Part shown: positions 6,609-16,281 of the stretch, piece by piece
How the letters are laid out: each line of letters starts with the position of its first letter
Numbering within the stretch: the stretch's first letter is position 1
Virus record (IMG/VR): IMGVR_UViG_3300038493_000007
Strand: one strand, 5' to 3'
DNA: 20,580 nt
DNA from: a virus
Position numbers and translations under genes: made by a program
Notes under the pieces: model-generated
What the model was told of the DNA's origin: nothing
Database searches by the model: none
Seen by the model: only the letters and a program-made list of their open reading frames with translations

Positions 6609-7418
6609 ATGACAACTGCAATATGGAAAGCAGCCAATCGGCAGGCCACAAGGATCCTCAGATATGGTGAGGTTCGGGAGATACTCGCTAACCTCGAGCT
6701 GGAGCCTACCGGGGCATGGGCCAGAAAATTCTCTACCAGCAAGGGCACCGTCCAGATATGGCTCCAGGCACTGCTCTTCACTGGAATGAGGTTTCACGAA
6801 CTGGCAATCCTGCATTCACATCCGGAGCTGCTCCAGGATGACGGGACGATCATGCTGGCCAAGAACATATTTTATGATGTAGGCAAGAAGAAGCAGACTC
6901 TCAGGGAAAGAGTCGTCTATCTTTCCGATATGGGACTGGATATAGTGAATAGGTTCTTTGACGTTCTGCCGTTACATTCGGATCCGGGAGAGGCATTTAG
7001 ATACCTCGACGCTGTCCTGACTGCCACAGGAAAGAAGCTGGGATACCCTGAGAGGACGATTACTTACAGGGAGAACAAGACAATCGGCATTCAGGAAATC
7101 GAGAAAAACGGCAAAAGGATGGCTGTGAAGCAGACTACCCCGGTAGAAAGGACACTCGTCACCAATGGCCTGTCCGTCCGTGTCTTCAGAAAAACATGGA
7201 ACTCGTGGCTCGTGAACTACTTCAAGAATGACATTCATGCCCTGACAATCGCAGAGATGTCCATGGGGCATACCGATCAGACAGCGTTGAAGCATTATCT
7301 GACGCTGCAGTTTGATGATGATGACATGAAGGATATCGAGAAGGCTGTGAAAGGGTTCGGGCTGCACCCGGGCTGGAGAGAAAAAAAAGAAAAATCAACA
7401 GCAGAACCCGCAAAATAG
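6609..7418 (+). CDS. Tyrosine recombinase/integrase, essentially catalytic domain only
   Basis: FTGMRFHEL (catalytic Arg I), VFRKTW (Arg II; K/T variant of HxxR), MGH and HYL (Tyr nucleophile). ATG at 6609 follows the TTG at 6606. Confidence 0.9.
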   Translation: MTTAIWKAANRQATRILRYGEVREILANLELEPTGAWARKFSTSKGTVQIWLQALLFTGMRFHELAILHSHPELLQDDGTIMLAKNIFYDVGKKKQTLRERVVYLSDMGLDIVNRFFDVLPLHSDPGEAFRYLDAVLTATGKKLGYPERTITYRENKTIGIQEIEKNGKRMAVKQTTPVERTLVTNGLSVRVFRKTWNSWLVNYFKNDIHALTIAEMSMGHTDQTALKHYLTLQFDDDDMKDIEKAVKGFGLHPGWREKKEKSTAEPAK

Positions 7419-7465
7419 GTTATTATAAATGAATAATTTAGAAAGCCAATAACATAGGTTAATGT

Positions 7466-8974
7466 CTACATGAATATTTGATCAGGTTCATCATCGTGGT
7501 TCGGCTTCTGCACGACCTTGACAGTCTGCTTAACCCTCTCGCCATCGGGATATTCATTCCTTGAGTTGATATCATACATATCCCTTATGATCTGATCCAC
7601 TTCCCGAATCACGCTCTCAGGATCCTTGTCATACACAATGGGATTGGTGACCTGGGACTGGTCGAATATCTCCTTCAGTGGAAGCTCTCCGAACTCTGCG
7701 CTCATATCCGAAGATATGTTCTCGTTTAGCAGTTCCGTCAGGGGATGCAGCGGCACCATGCCAAGGTCACGCCTCACTTCACCCTTTCCGTTGGGGTCGA
7801 GATAACGTGCAACAGCCGTGTATTTGAGCTTTGGCCTTCCGAGAATGTCCCTCTTTCCGGTAGGTGTTGAGATCATCTCCACCACGGGATTGACAGCATC
7901 CATGATCTGCGCTGCCGGCATCGTTGCGCCTGACATGTAGAACCTTACCCCAATCTGCCTCGAGAGCTGGAAGTTGACCATCATCGCCGTCACATTCTTG
8001 GAAGTGCCTGATTCCATCTTTCGGCCTTTTCCCATCTCTCCCATATACACAAGGGCATAGATCGACTCTGGCCTTATTCCCAGATTCAGGCGCTTGTTCA
8101 TTGTCTGGTCATGCTTTATCCACAGGACAGAGGATCCCGGAGGATCGTCCAGATATATCTCCCATGCGTGCCTGTATGAGTAGGAATGGGCATAGACCTT
8201 CAGGTCGCTTATCCTCTTATTTGCAGGTTCCTCAATGGGAAACTGCATGTTCGGGAAGTACACTCTTAGAGTGCCTCTGATTATACCCTGCTTTCGGTAC
8301 CATTCCGGGCTGTCTGGAACTTTCCCTTTCTTCATGTAACTGATGGCCATCTCCTGATCGAATATGGTTCCCTGATGCTGGTAGACTGCCCACGATGTCA
8401 GCAGCACCGGCAGGTTTGTCTTTCCTGACCCCGGGGGCCCGAGAAAGTATGGGTTGCGCCATACAACCGGAGACCAGTTTATCAGATCCTTTATCTCCGG
8501 CACGTCCATGGTAACCTCCTTCTGCTCAGTATCTTTGCCAACGGCCCCTGCGAGAAGAGAAAACTGCCCTGTGGCCTCCTGGAATACCGGAAGGGTCTTC
8601 TGCGCCGCCTTCTGATAGAGATAATGCACAAGCGTCGTGCTCCTCTCAAGCGCCATTTTCTGCAATGCCCCTGCATGATTGGCGAGAATATCCTTCCTGA
8701 TGTCCTTCAGCCTGTCCGCCATGTCGGATATGCTCACCAGGCTTCTCTCTTCGTGTAGTCTCTTCATTGCCCACTCCTGAAGTATGATGTCCTTCTGTAT
8801 CTCGAGATCCCGTGCGGTCTCGACGAGTGGAATGATCTGAAGCATTGCTTCAGATGTCCATTTGGCCGCTTCAGAGACTCCTGCCGCATTGGCTGTGGTC
8901 TTCACCGCATTCTGGAGAGAAATGAAATAGGCATCCGGATCATTTCCGTTGGGATTATTCCTCTTCGCCATCAT
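7466..8974 (-). CDS. P-loop NTPase, probable genome packaging/extrusion ATPase (FtsK/HerA/Zot-like)
   Basis: Walker A FLGPPGSGKT; degenerate Walker B candidate LVYMGE; SRQIGV Arg-finger-like motif; N-terminal helical region. Start moved to ATG 8974 (RBS GGGGGTG, overlaps the end of the upstream gene). Confidence 0.7.
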   Translation of the reverse strand: MMAKRNNPNGNDPDAYFISLQNAVKTTANAAGVSEAAKWTSEAMLQIIPLVETARDLEIQKDIILQEWAMKRLHEERSLVSISDMADRLKDIRKDILANHAGALQKMALERSTTLVHYLYQKAAQKTLPVFQEATGQFSLLAGAVGKDTEQKEVTMDVPEIKDLINWSPVVWRNPYFLGPPGSGKTNLPVLLTSWAVYQHQGTIFDQEMAISYMKKGKVPDSPEWYRKQGIIRGTLRVYFPNMQFPIEEPANKRISDLKVYAHSYSYRHAWEIYLDDPPGSSVLWIKHDQTMNKRLNLGIRPESIYALVYMGEMGKGRKMESGTSKNVTAMMVNFQLSRQIGVRFYMSGATMPAAQIMDAVNPVVEMISTPTGKRDILGRPKLKYTAVARYLDPNGKGEVRRDLGMVPLHPLTELLNENISSDMSAEFGELPLKEIFDQSQVTNPIVYDKDPESVIREVDQIIRDMYDINSRNEYPDGERVKQTVKVVQKPNHDDEPDQIFM

Positions 8975-10223
8975 TCCCACCCCCCGCCATCTCCTCAAGC
9001 TTCTTCCTCAGGGAGAACTCGTCCAGTGCGTCCTGGGCACTGGAAGCTTTTCTTGCCGTCTCCGCTATCTCCGACTTGGCAGCAAGCTCAGATATCTCTA
9101 TCTTTGGAGCCAGTGCATTCAGAGCCTCCGCTCTCCCCAGCTTCCTTCCTTTCTCTTCGTACTGTATCTTCAGCTGTTCCAGCGACGTACCGAATTCAGT
9201 AGAGATGCGGATCGCCTTGTTCAGTGGCTCCAGAATGGTTTCAGAATTGCTGTCCGCTGCTTTTCGGACAAGCTCTTCCTCCTTCTCCCTGAGCAGCCTC
9301 AGAGAATTTGGCAGATCCGCCAAGTACATCTCAAATTGCTTGCTCAGTTTCATACGGACAAACTTCTTTCCTGTCCGCTCACGGATTTCAGACATGGCCT
9401 CTTTCCATTCCTCCATTGCACTGTAAGCTCGTGTGATGAGATCACGGATATCCTCAGCGTCCTCTGGAGCCATTTTTCTCTTGTCCACTGCCCTCTTGAG
9501 GCTGTTCATCGCATCCTGAAGCGCCGGCGGACTGATGCTTCCCGGCCTCTCCAGGAATAAGAACTGCGTCAGGTCAAGGTGCGAGAACTTCTCATCTCCC
9601 CAGACAACGTTCCGCATGACACGTGTTGCAAGCAGTGAGGGGGAGCCGTCACGTGACGGAAACTCCCTTACATTGATGCCTATAATGCCCTGCATAGCCT
9701 CAATGGGCATGATGTATGATGTAAGCATTGTCTGGTCTGATGTGATGTAGTCGATGACCTTATTCCCATTGGCGTCAACATGGTATGCTATGGGTGTTTC
9801 CGCTCCCTTCAGCTGAAACTGTGTAATGCTGAAATATTTCTTTGTGTAGATGGAATTGGCAAGGATTATGCCAACAAGCGAACCCATGACGAATAGGATA
9901 ACATAGAGTGCCCCAGCCGCTGCCTGCACTAATGACGATATAATGGCGGAGAATATCACGATGCCCACAATGAGAGCCCATCCGTAGCCCTTCTGATAGT
10001 GGCGCTGCGTCCCTATGCTGAACCATCCGCCAATGAACCATCTCACGAACCGGTACCAGAGATGCTTCTTCAGTGAAGGATCACTGTATGGGAATATTTT
10101 AGGGAAACCTTTCCTCTCAAGCAGGGTGTCGATCCTGCTCTCCTTGTCCTTGTCCAGCGTTGCCTCAACACCCACCTTCTTCAGTTCATCAAGGCTCGGC
10201 AGGTCCCGTTTTATGATTCCCAT
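8955..10223 (-). CDS. Membrane protein with two TM helices and a C-terminal coiled coil
   Basis: TM segments WALIVGIVIFSAIISSLV and ALYVILFVMGSLVGIILA; E/K/L-rich heptad C-terminus; directly upstream of the ATPase. Confidence 0.85.
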   Translation of the reverse strand: MGIIKRDLPSLDELKKVGVEATLDKDKESRIDTLLERKGFPKIFPYSDPSLKKHLWYRFVRWFIGGWFSIGTQRHYQKGYGWALIVGIVIFSAIISSLVQAAAGALYVILFVMGSLVGIILANSIYTKKYFSITQFQLKGAETPIAYHVDANGNKVIDYITSDQTMLTSYIMPIEAMQGIIGINVREFPSRDGSPSLLATRVMRNVVWGDEKFSHLDLTQFLFLERPGSISPPALQDAMNSLKRAVDKRKMAPEDAEDIRDLITRAYSAMEEWKEAMSEIRERTGKKFVRMKLSKQFEMYLADLPNSLRLLREKEEELVRKAADSNSETILEPLNKAIRISTEFGTSLEQLKIQYEEKGRKLGRAEALNALAPKIEISELAAKSEIAETARKASSAQDALDEFSLRKKLEEMAGGGNDGEEE

Positions 10224-10810
10224 TAGCTCCCACCTCTTGCTCCCTTTTCAATGTTCGGATTTGAACGCTTCATGAATATCACGTAGACGGACACAAGGAT
10301 GCCCGAAACTGCACCGCCAAGGGCATACAGACCGCCGATGATGATATTGCCCGCAGTGAATGTTGCCGTTGGGGGCTTCGGAGAAAGAGATTCCACGTAA
10401 GAGATATACTGCTTGGAAGTCATGATCACCGCTGTGTAGTGGAACACCCTCGTGTAGTTCATCTGATCGCTGTGCACCGATATGATTATGGGCGTATCGT
10501 TGTGAACTGGAAGAGACAGCGGGACATCCGTGATGTTCGAGAATGCATATCCCTGATATTTGTATGATCCGTTAACAGAGATCGAGAGAATAGAATTCCC
10601 TGGAGACCTCACGGTGACATAATCGTACTGGGGAAGAAATCCCGACGGATGCTGATTCGTCAGGAACCCCGGTGCCACTCCCGGCACCGTCAGGTTCGAG
10701 TATATCTGGGCATTGATCTCATGGACATCCACCGTCTGGGCAGATGCCGGAACCGCTGCCATTGTTGCAATCACGCTCAAAGCTATCAGTCCTAATATTA
10801 TTCCTTTCAC
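10223..10810 (-). CDS. Secreted, C-terminally anchored membrane glycoprotein, 195 aa
   Basis: Signal peptide MKGIILGLIALSVIATMAAVPASA; N-x-S/T sequons; C-terminal TM followed by KR. Confidence 0.85.
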   Translation of the reverse strand: MKGIILGLIALSVIATMAAVPASAQTVDVHEINAQIYSNLTVPGVAPGFLTNQHPSGFLPQYDYVTVRSPGNSILSISVNGSYKYQGYAFSNITDVPLSLPVHNDTPIIISVHSDQMNYTRVFHYTAVIMTSKQYISYVESLSPKPPTATFTAGNIIIGGLYALGGAVSGILVSVYVIFMKRSNPNIEKGARGGS

Positions 10811-13800
10811 TTTTTTCCACTTCCTGATGCGAATTTCTTTTCTATTCTCGCCAGCAGGGATTCGCCATCCGGCTGGCGCTTTACCTTCACTATGTAGTCC
10901 CGAACCTTCTCAAGGCTGGATTTCTTTCCCCCGATGGTCACCTCACGAAGCCTGAGCACCTCGTGGGATGCAAGGAGGAAAGCGTTCTGCTCACTGTACT
11001 CCAGCGATGTGAAAACAGCCAGTGTCTGCGGCAGATTGTCGTATGGGCGCTGGAGCTTCTGTACTGCATTTGACAGAATGTAATCAGTTATTTTCGTGTT
11101 GGTTGCCTTATCTCCCCTCAGCCATTTTATGATTTTCCTGATTCCCCAGGCACCGGCGAGGACGGCGAGAGTTCCCAGAATCGTGTAGAGAAGGTTTGTA
11201 GCCAGCCCATGCCCAATCTGCTCCCAGAATGCCTCAAATTCCCCCAGCGCTGAAAGTGAAGCCGGCTGGACATTCTCTGTCTGCGTTATGGCCGCATGTA
11301 CCGGCGTTCCTGAGAGATTGAACTGCGACACCGATGCATAGAATGTGTATTGCCCCGTGCCCAGAGGTGCAATATTGAAATCAATTGTTCCGGCGGAGTA
11401 GTTCACCGGTGCATAGGTATGTATGACCGTATTCCCCTGCAATACATACAGCGTGGTGTAGGGGAATGCGTCCGCAGTATCGGTGAGGTTGAATCTCGTT
11501 CCATTGCCGTATAGCATATAGAGGGGAACAACATAGGATTTGTTTGTGTCAAGTGATTGCGTTATCCCGAAGGCAACGGACATTCCGACGGATACTTTCT
11601 GCGGGGCTGATACCTGAAGGCTCTGTGATGACGATCCGGCATATTTGCCGTATAACACATCAACGCCAACTGTAAAGTATCCTGTTGTTGTCGGTGTTGT
11701 CGTATAGGTTACTGTATTTCCTGATGCCGATGTGCTTGCCGCAAAGGATTGCACTGACCCCGTACTGTTCCTGATCTGCACGAATATGGTCGAGTTCTTG
11801 AGATCGCTTGTTGGAAACGAGGTGTAATTCTGGTAATAAACATCCCATGAGAATGATGCAACCTGATCTGTTAAGACGCTCACTGATGAGGACGAAGGAA
11901 CAAGCCTTAATCCATACGTAGTGTTCTGCACCGATTCCGTATAGTTCAGGAGCTGGTTGATCTTCTTATCGAAGTCCGTGAGGTTTAACAAGGCTTGCCC
12001 GTTGAGGTAGAACTGCTGGTTCGATGTGGAGATATTGACAAAGAATGTGTTCGTAACGTTGTCATGCATGTGGATGGTGTAGTTTCCTGCAAGGAAATAT
12101 CCCTGCCAGTTCTGCCCCACTGAATCGGTGAAATTGTAATGATGCGATGACCCTGTCTGATTCAGCGACACATATTCGGTCGCAAGAGGTGAATTCTGGG
12201 GAACCTGCTCATCATTCTCGATGCCCATCCAGTATGATGGTGTTGTTATCATCTCCGTCAATGAGGTGAAAGAGGACTGAAGCGTTACATTCGTCTCAAG
12301 GAGGGTCTGATTGAGCAGATCGGCGATCCTTATGGTGTATGTAGATCCCTGATAGCCAGTGAACGTCGAACCGAGAGTGTATGGTGTGCCATCGATGAAT
12401 GACAGAACTCTCGGATTGCCTGAATTTGATAGAGTGCCGAGATTCGATCCATTGTAGGCGTTCACTTCAACCTGTAACTGGCCTGCCGGAGCCTTAAGGT
12501 AGATAAGAAGGGGCTGTATCGGTTCATCAGTGGTCACCGTTCCTGACTTGCCCTGCTCCTGCCCCGAGGTTATAGAATAATATGAAGTGAACCATTGGAA
12601 TGTTGTGTCGTTCGCAACAATGGCGGAATTATAGAAGGATTCGTTTATGCCGTTATGCGACAGATAGACGTAATTCTCCGTGCTGTTGAAAAAAGAGAAC
12701 TGCAATTCCGTCACATCCAGAGGAATGGTTATCGATCCTGTCGTATTCGCCACAACGTAATTGCTTATGGAACCAACGGAATCGCCCCATGGATCCGTCA
12801 CATCGATTGAAATTGAAGAACCGTATGGAATCTGCACGAACTGCGCCGTTGTCTTCTCGGTTGTCTGCGATGACGATGCGAAGGGTGTTATGGTTATCGT
12901 ATTGGTGAAATAATTCACCGGTGGCGTTATGCCTGATGGCATCTGGTAATCGATGCTCTGATACGTAGTGGAACCGATCTGCGATGATGGTTCGATCAAA
13001 GTGACCTGAACGGACGTGAATCCTGTGACATCCTCAATGGTGACGAAGTTTGAATTCTGCAGGGGCAGATACGTTGACGGATAGATGTTCGACAGCCTCC
13101 ACGTTGAATTGAATGTGACCGTAACATAGTTCGTTGAGGGCGCTATGGGGATATTGTAGGTGTCATAGACATAGGTGGCATTGTAGTTTCCCGTAGGCGC
13201 ACCCGAAAATGTCGATGTCGTCGTGGCATTCGCCTGAAACACACTGCCCGTGCCGATGGTGTAGGTGGGCATTGAACCTGCTCCCCAGTAAGCTATTTTT
13301 GTGTGATAATAATTTGATGCTCCACCGCTCCCCCCCGTTTCTCCCCCCCATTCACCAATACCAATATAACTTTCATTTGTAAAAGATGTGCTAAAACTAT
13401 ATGATTTAACTATACTACCTGGGTCATTGCCTTCTGTAAAAATTCCACTTCCATTATTTTGATAGTATGTAAATGTAAAATACTGCCACGTAGACGGAGC
13501 GTAATACTGTGAATTAAGAAGAGTTTGATTTGAATATAATTGAAAAGAATAACCTGTATAGCCTTGAGTACCTGCAATAACATAAGCACCTGGATTATTA
13601 GCTGGGAGCGAAGGTGTTTCTGTTGGAGATACGACATAGAAAGCATTTGAATTTGGTATTAACTCCCAACCAGATACCTGTATTGAACCTGCAAATGGTA
13701 TTTTATAAAAAGAATATTGTGGTCTAGTAATGGAAGCGTCAGTTGTTAAAACTTCTCTATATCCTGTAGTCCCGTCTGGAAGAGTATCGGTTTGACCATT

Positions 13801-16281
13801 ATCTGGTGTATTCATCCAAGAAATTACAGTATTTCCCTGTGATTGCTGTTCGGATATGCTCATATTCTGGAATACTAAATAATAATTGGATGAGGTAGAG
13901 TTCGATTTTCCCACATATCCTGTTGCACTCAAGACATTCTCAAAGCTCGGCAATACCTGTAATTCAACTTGGCTTGTGCCGTATGGCATTTTTACCCACA
14001 TGGTCAGAGAAGTGCTATTGAAATTTTGAATCCAAGTATACAACAGGGTGCCGTTTGGAAGGGCAATCTGGAAATTGCTTGCCTGCGAGTTGATGCCGTA
14101 ATAGCTTGGAACGTGACCTGTGGTGGATGGACTTAAGGTTATGAGTTGCTGATAATCTCCTGTTCCGCTTGGAGGACTTGAGATGGTGATCGGGTAGGAA
14201 TGGGTTGCATTCGCAGACTGCAATACTGTAACCTTATTGCTGTATTCAGTAGGTGTTAGATTCGAACCATACTGGAAAGTGATCGACTGGGAATAGCCAT
14301 ACTGATCGACTGCCTGCCATGTAACGAGAAGAGGAGCGGATACGGGCTGGGTGAAATCGTATTTGACTGTTCCTGATGTCAGATCGGGATGGAACCTGTC
14401 CTCAAGGACGCCGTTGACTGTAAGGTTTATTATTGTCATCTTTGCCGATGTCTGAGTGCTGTATGCGAGAGACATCAAAACGGAGGTGCCAACGGACGAA
14501 TAATCAACTGGGCTTGGCGTGAGGGAGAAGGGGACAACATTCACCGTTGCTGACTGCGTCGAAGAGTTCAGCTCTGAGCCGGGATAAGGATTTCCGTTGG
14601 GATCATTGTGAACATACCAGTCGATAATTTTCTGCCCCGTTGAATGGAAATAGAAGGAGGGCGACGCAAGGGATTCAGACGAAGTGGGCGATGAATGGAT
14701 GTAAGGCTTGCCATTGGCGCTTACGGCAAGGTTCTGTTGCTCCCCTAATATGACCTCTGTGGAATTCGCATACAGGTCAAGAGGCGTGAGGGGGTTTACA
14801 GGCGTTGCTACGTTGCTGTTCACAATGGAAGGATGGTAGTTGATGAACTCATCGAAATTGTATGAAACTGCGGATGAGCTGTCCACAACTACGGCTGTTC
14901 CCTGGCTAACCGAATTGTACTCAGCCGAAGGCGCAAAAGAGGATGATGAAATATCCGAACCAGAATAGAAAATCCTGTCAAAGGCCGGAGACTGTCCGTA
15001 GCCTACAGAAAGGATATGGTTTATGCTCCATGTCATTGTCGTTTCCGCATCTATTGTTCCGGATGTCGTTGACAGCGACGGATTGTTTAAAGCTCCGCTG
15101 GGATCGGTTAGGGTTAAACTTAAAGTCGAATTCCACCAGTTCTGTTGTTGTGTCGGGTTCTGGGCTCCAGTGAATGTTTGAGTCGTCGAAGTTGATTGTG
15201 CCTGTTCAATATTGGAAATATAATATTCAACTGTGTATCCACCACCACTGATTAATGCTAAATTTGGCGTTGCTTCCGGAATAAATGTGATAGATTCAAC
15301 AGAGACCGCACCTGTAAATGTATATGGCACAGCTTCCGTTACCCCGTTGTAAACCGCATTCGTAGCGTATTGCTCATTCTCAGTTACAACGTTAAATGAA
15401 GTTACGTCTGAATATGACCATGAAGAAGACGCAGAATTAAAATGATAACCAATATCGTAAGGAACAGATGCTCCCTCATCAGCAATGGACGTCTGAGTAG
15501 TATATGTGTTCCCACTTTGATCTGTAGAGGTGGCGACACCGTTTTCAGATGAACTTCCACCTGATGCCCAGCTATTTAAATTCAAAGTGCCTGTAATTGA
15601 TGTAATTGCTGTACTTTGAAGTGTGATTGTAACTCTCAAAGAACCATATGCGGTAATACCACTTGTAACACCAAATATATTCCATGTTGGATCAACATAC
15701 ATCACGTGAGGACTGGTACTATAATCTTGACTAAACGATGTTGTTGACCAGGAAACGGTTCCTCCCGTAAAACCGTTTGTAGCTGGAACAGTGAGATTTA
15801 CGTATATAATTCCTGGTGTGTACACATAATGACATGTACCTCCCAATGTATCTATTTGGTCAGAATATTGCCCCATAAACGCTAAATCCTGCAATTGGAC
15901 AGTATTTGTGTCCGCATTAGCCCAGAATTGTGAAGAACTAACAGTAAATGATGTCGTTGTCTCTGCTCCGGTACTTGATATGCTAAATACCTGAGAAGGA
16001 TCACTATATGAAGTTGTTGTGTATCCCCTATTTTCAGCAGCGTGCATCGTTACAGTACTCACACCTGAATTACTCTGTAGAACATTGTGATAATACGAAG
16101 TTGTTGTATTCACGTAAGCCGTATTCGAATATGAACTTGCTATTGCGGATGACGTGATTGGTGTAGAAATCGGAGTACTTGTTCCGTTACTAAAACTCGG
16201 CATGTCCGCAAACATAGTAACTATCGGAACACCAATCATAATGAGTGAAAAAATTAAGGCTATTGTTTTCTTATTCATCAA
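10807..16281 (-). CDS. Giant 1824-aa membrane-anchored adhesin/receptor-binding glycoprotein with a DUF2341-like domain and a probable lectin-like module
   Basis: N-terminal signal, Ser/Thr/Asn/Tyr-rich beta-type sequence, many sequons. DUF2341-like stretch YPITI...DYQQLITL...FQIALPNGTLLYTWIQ...MWVKMP. C-terminal TM LLYTILGTLAVLAGAWGI plus a cytoplasmic tail. Confidence 0.85.
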   Translation of the reverse strand: MMNKKTIALIFSLIMIGVPIVTMFADMPSFSNGTSTPISTPITSSAIASSYSNTAYVNTTTSYYHNVLQSNSGVSTVTMHAAENRGYTTTSYSDPSQVFSISSTGAETTTSFTVSSSQFWANADTNTVQLQDLAFMGQYSDQIDTLGGTCHYVYTPGIIYVNLTVPATNGFTGGTVSWSTTSFSQDYSTSPHVMYVDPTWNIFGVTSGITAYGSLRVTITLQSTAITSITGTLNLNSWASGGSSSENGVATSTDQSGNTYTTQTSIADEGASVPYDIGYHFNSASSSWSYSDVTSFNVVTENEQYATNAVYNGVTEAVPYTFTGAVSVESITFIPEATPNLALISGGGYTVEYYISNIEQAQSTSTTQTFTGAQNPTQQQNWWNSTLSLTLTDPSGALNNPSLSTTSGTIDAETTMTWSINHILSVGYGQSPAFDRIFYSGSDISSSSFAPSAEYNSVSQGTAVVVDSSSAVSYNFDEFINYHPSIVNSNVATPVNPLTPLDLYANSTEVILGEQQNLAVSANGKPYIHSSPTSSESLASPSFYFHSTGQKIIDWYVHNDPNGNPYPGSELNSSTQSATVNVVPFSLTPSPVDYSSVGTSVLMSLAYSTQTSAKMTIINLTVNGVLEDRFHPDLTSGTVKYDFTQPVSAPLLVTWQAVDQYGYSQSITFQYGSNLTPTEYSNKVTVLQSANATHSYPITISSPPSGTGDYQQLITLSPSTTGHVPSYYGINSQASNFQIALPNGTLLYTWIQNFNSTSLTMWVKMPYGTSQVELQVLPSFENVLSATGYVGKSNSTSSNYYLVFQNMSISEQQSQGNTVISWMNTPDNGQTDTLPDGTTGYREVLTTDASITRPQYSFYKIPFAGSIQVSGWELIPNSNAFYVVSPTETPSLPANNPGAYVIAGTQGYTGYSFQLYSNQTLLNSQYYAPSTWQYFTFTYYQNNGSGIFTEGNDPGSIVKSYSFSTSFTNESYIGIGEWGGETGGSGGASNYYHTKIAYWGAGSMPTYTIGTGSVFQANATTTSTFSGAPTGNYNATYVYDTYNIPIAPSTNYVTVTFNSTWRLSNIYPSTYLPLQNSNFVTIEDVTGFTSVQVTLIEPSSQIGSTTYQSIDYQMPSGITPPVNYFTNTITITPFASSSQTTEKTTAQFVQIPYGSSISIDVTDPWGDSVGSISNYVVANTTGSITIPLDVTELQFSFFNSTENYVYLSHNGINESFYNSAIVANDTTFQWFTSYYSITSGQEQGKSGTVTTDEPIQPLLIYLKAPAGQLQVEVNAYNGSNLGTLSNSGNPRVLSFIDGTPYTLGSTFTGYQGSTYTIRIADLLNQTLLETNVTLQSSFTSLTEMITTPSYWMGIENDEQVPQNSPLATEYVSLNQTGSSHHYNFTDSVGQNWQGYFLAGNYTIHMHDNVTNTFFVNISTSNQQFYLNGQALLNLTDFDKKINQLLNYTESVQNTTYGLRLVPSSSSVSVLTDQVASFSWDVYYQNYTSFPTSDLKNSTIFVQIRNSTGSVQSFAASTSASGNTVTYTTTPTTTGYFTVGVDVLYGKYAGSSSQSLQVSAPQKVSVGMSVAFGITQSLDTNKSYVVPLYMLYGNGTRFNLTDTADAFPYTTLYVLQGNTVIHTYAPVNYSAGTIDFNIAPLGTGQYTFYASVSQFNLSGTPVHAAITQTENVQPASLSALGEFEAFWEQIGHGLATNLLYTILGTLAVLAGAWGIRKIIKWLRGDKATNTKITDYILSNAVQKLQRPYDNLPQTLAVFTSLEYSEQNAFLLASHEVLRLREVTIGGKKSSLEKVRDYIVKVKRQPDGESLLARIEKKFASGSGKK

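Noticed and set aside
4286-6815. Plus-strand ORFs over the virion operon and the minus 6549-6815/6593-6781 ORFs
   Set aside because: They overlap better-supported genes on the opposite strand and show no motifs or RBS.
13207-13216. Extra AAATGTCG copy inside the adhesin near the low-GC block, a possible second recombinase site for shuffling
   Set aside because: Single 8-mer with no partner arm, about 80 nt from the compositional boundary; expected by chance.
10807-16281. Diversity-generating retroelement or shufflon acting on the adhesin
   Set aside because: No reverse transcriptase, no template/variable repeat pair and no repeated crossover sites seen by eye; a self-dot-plot would confirm.
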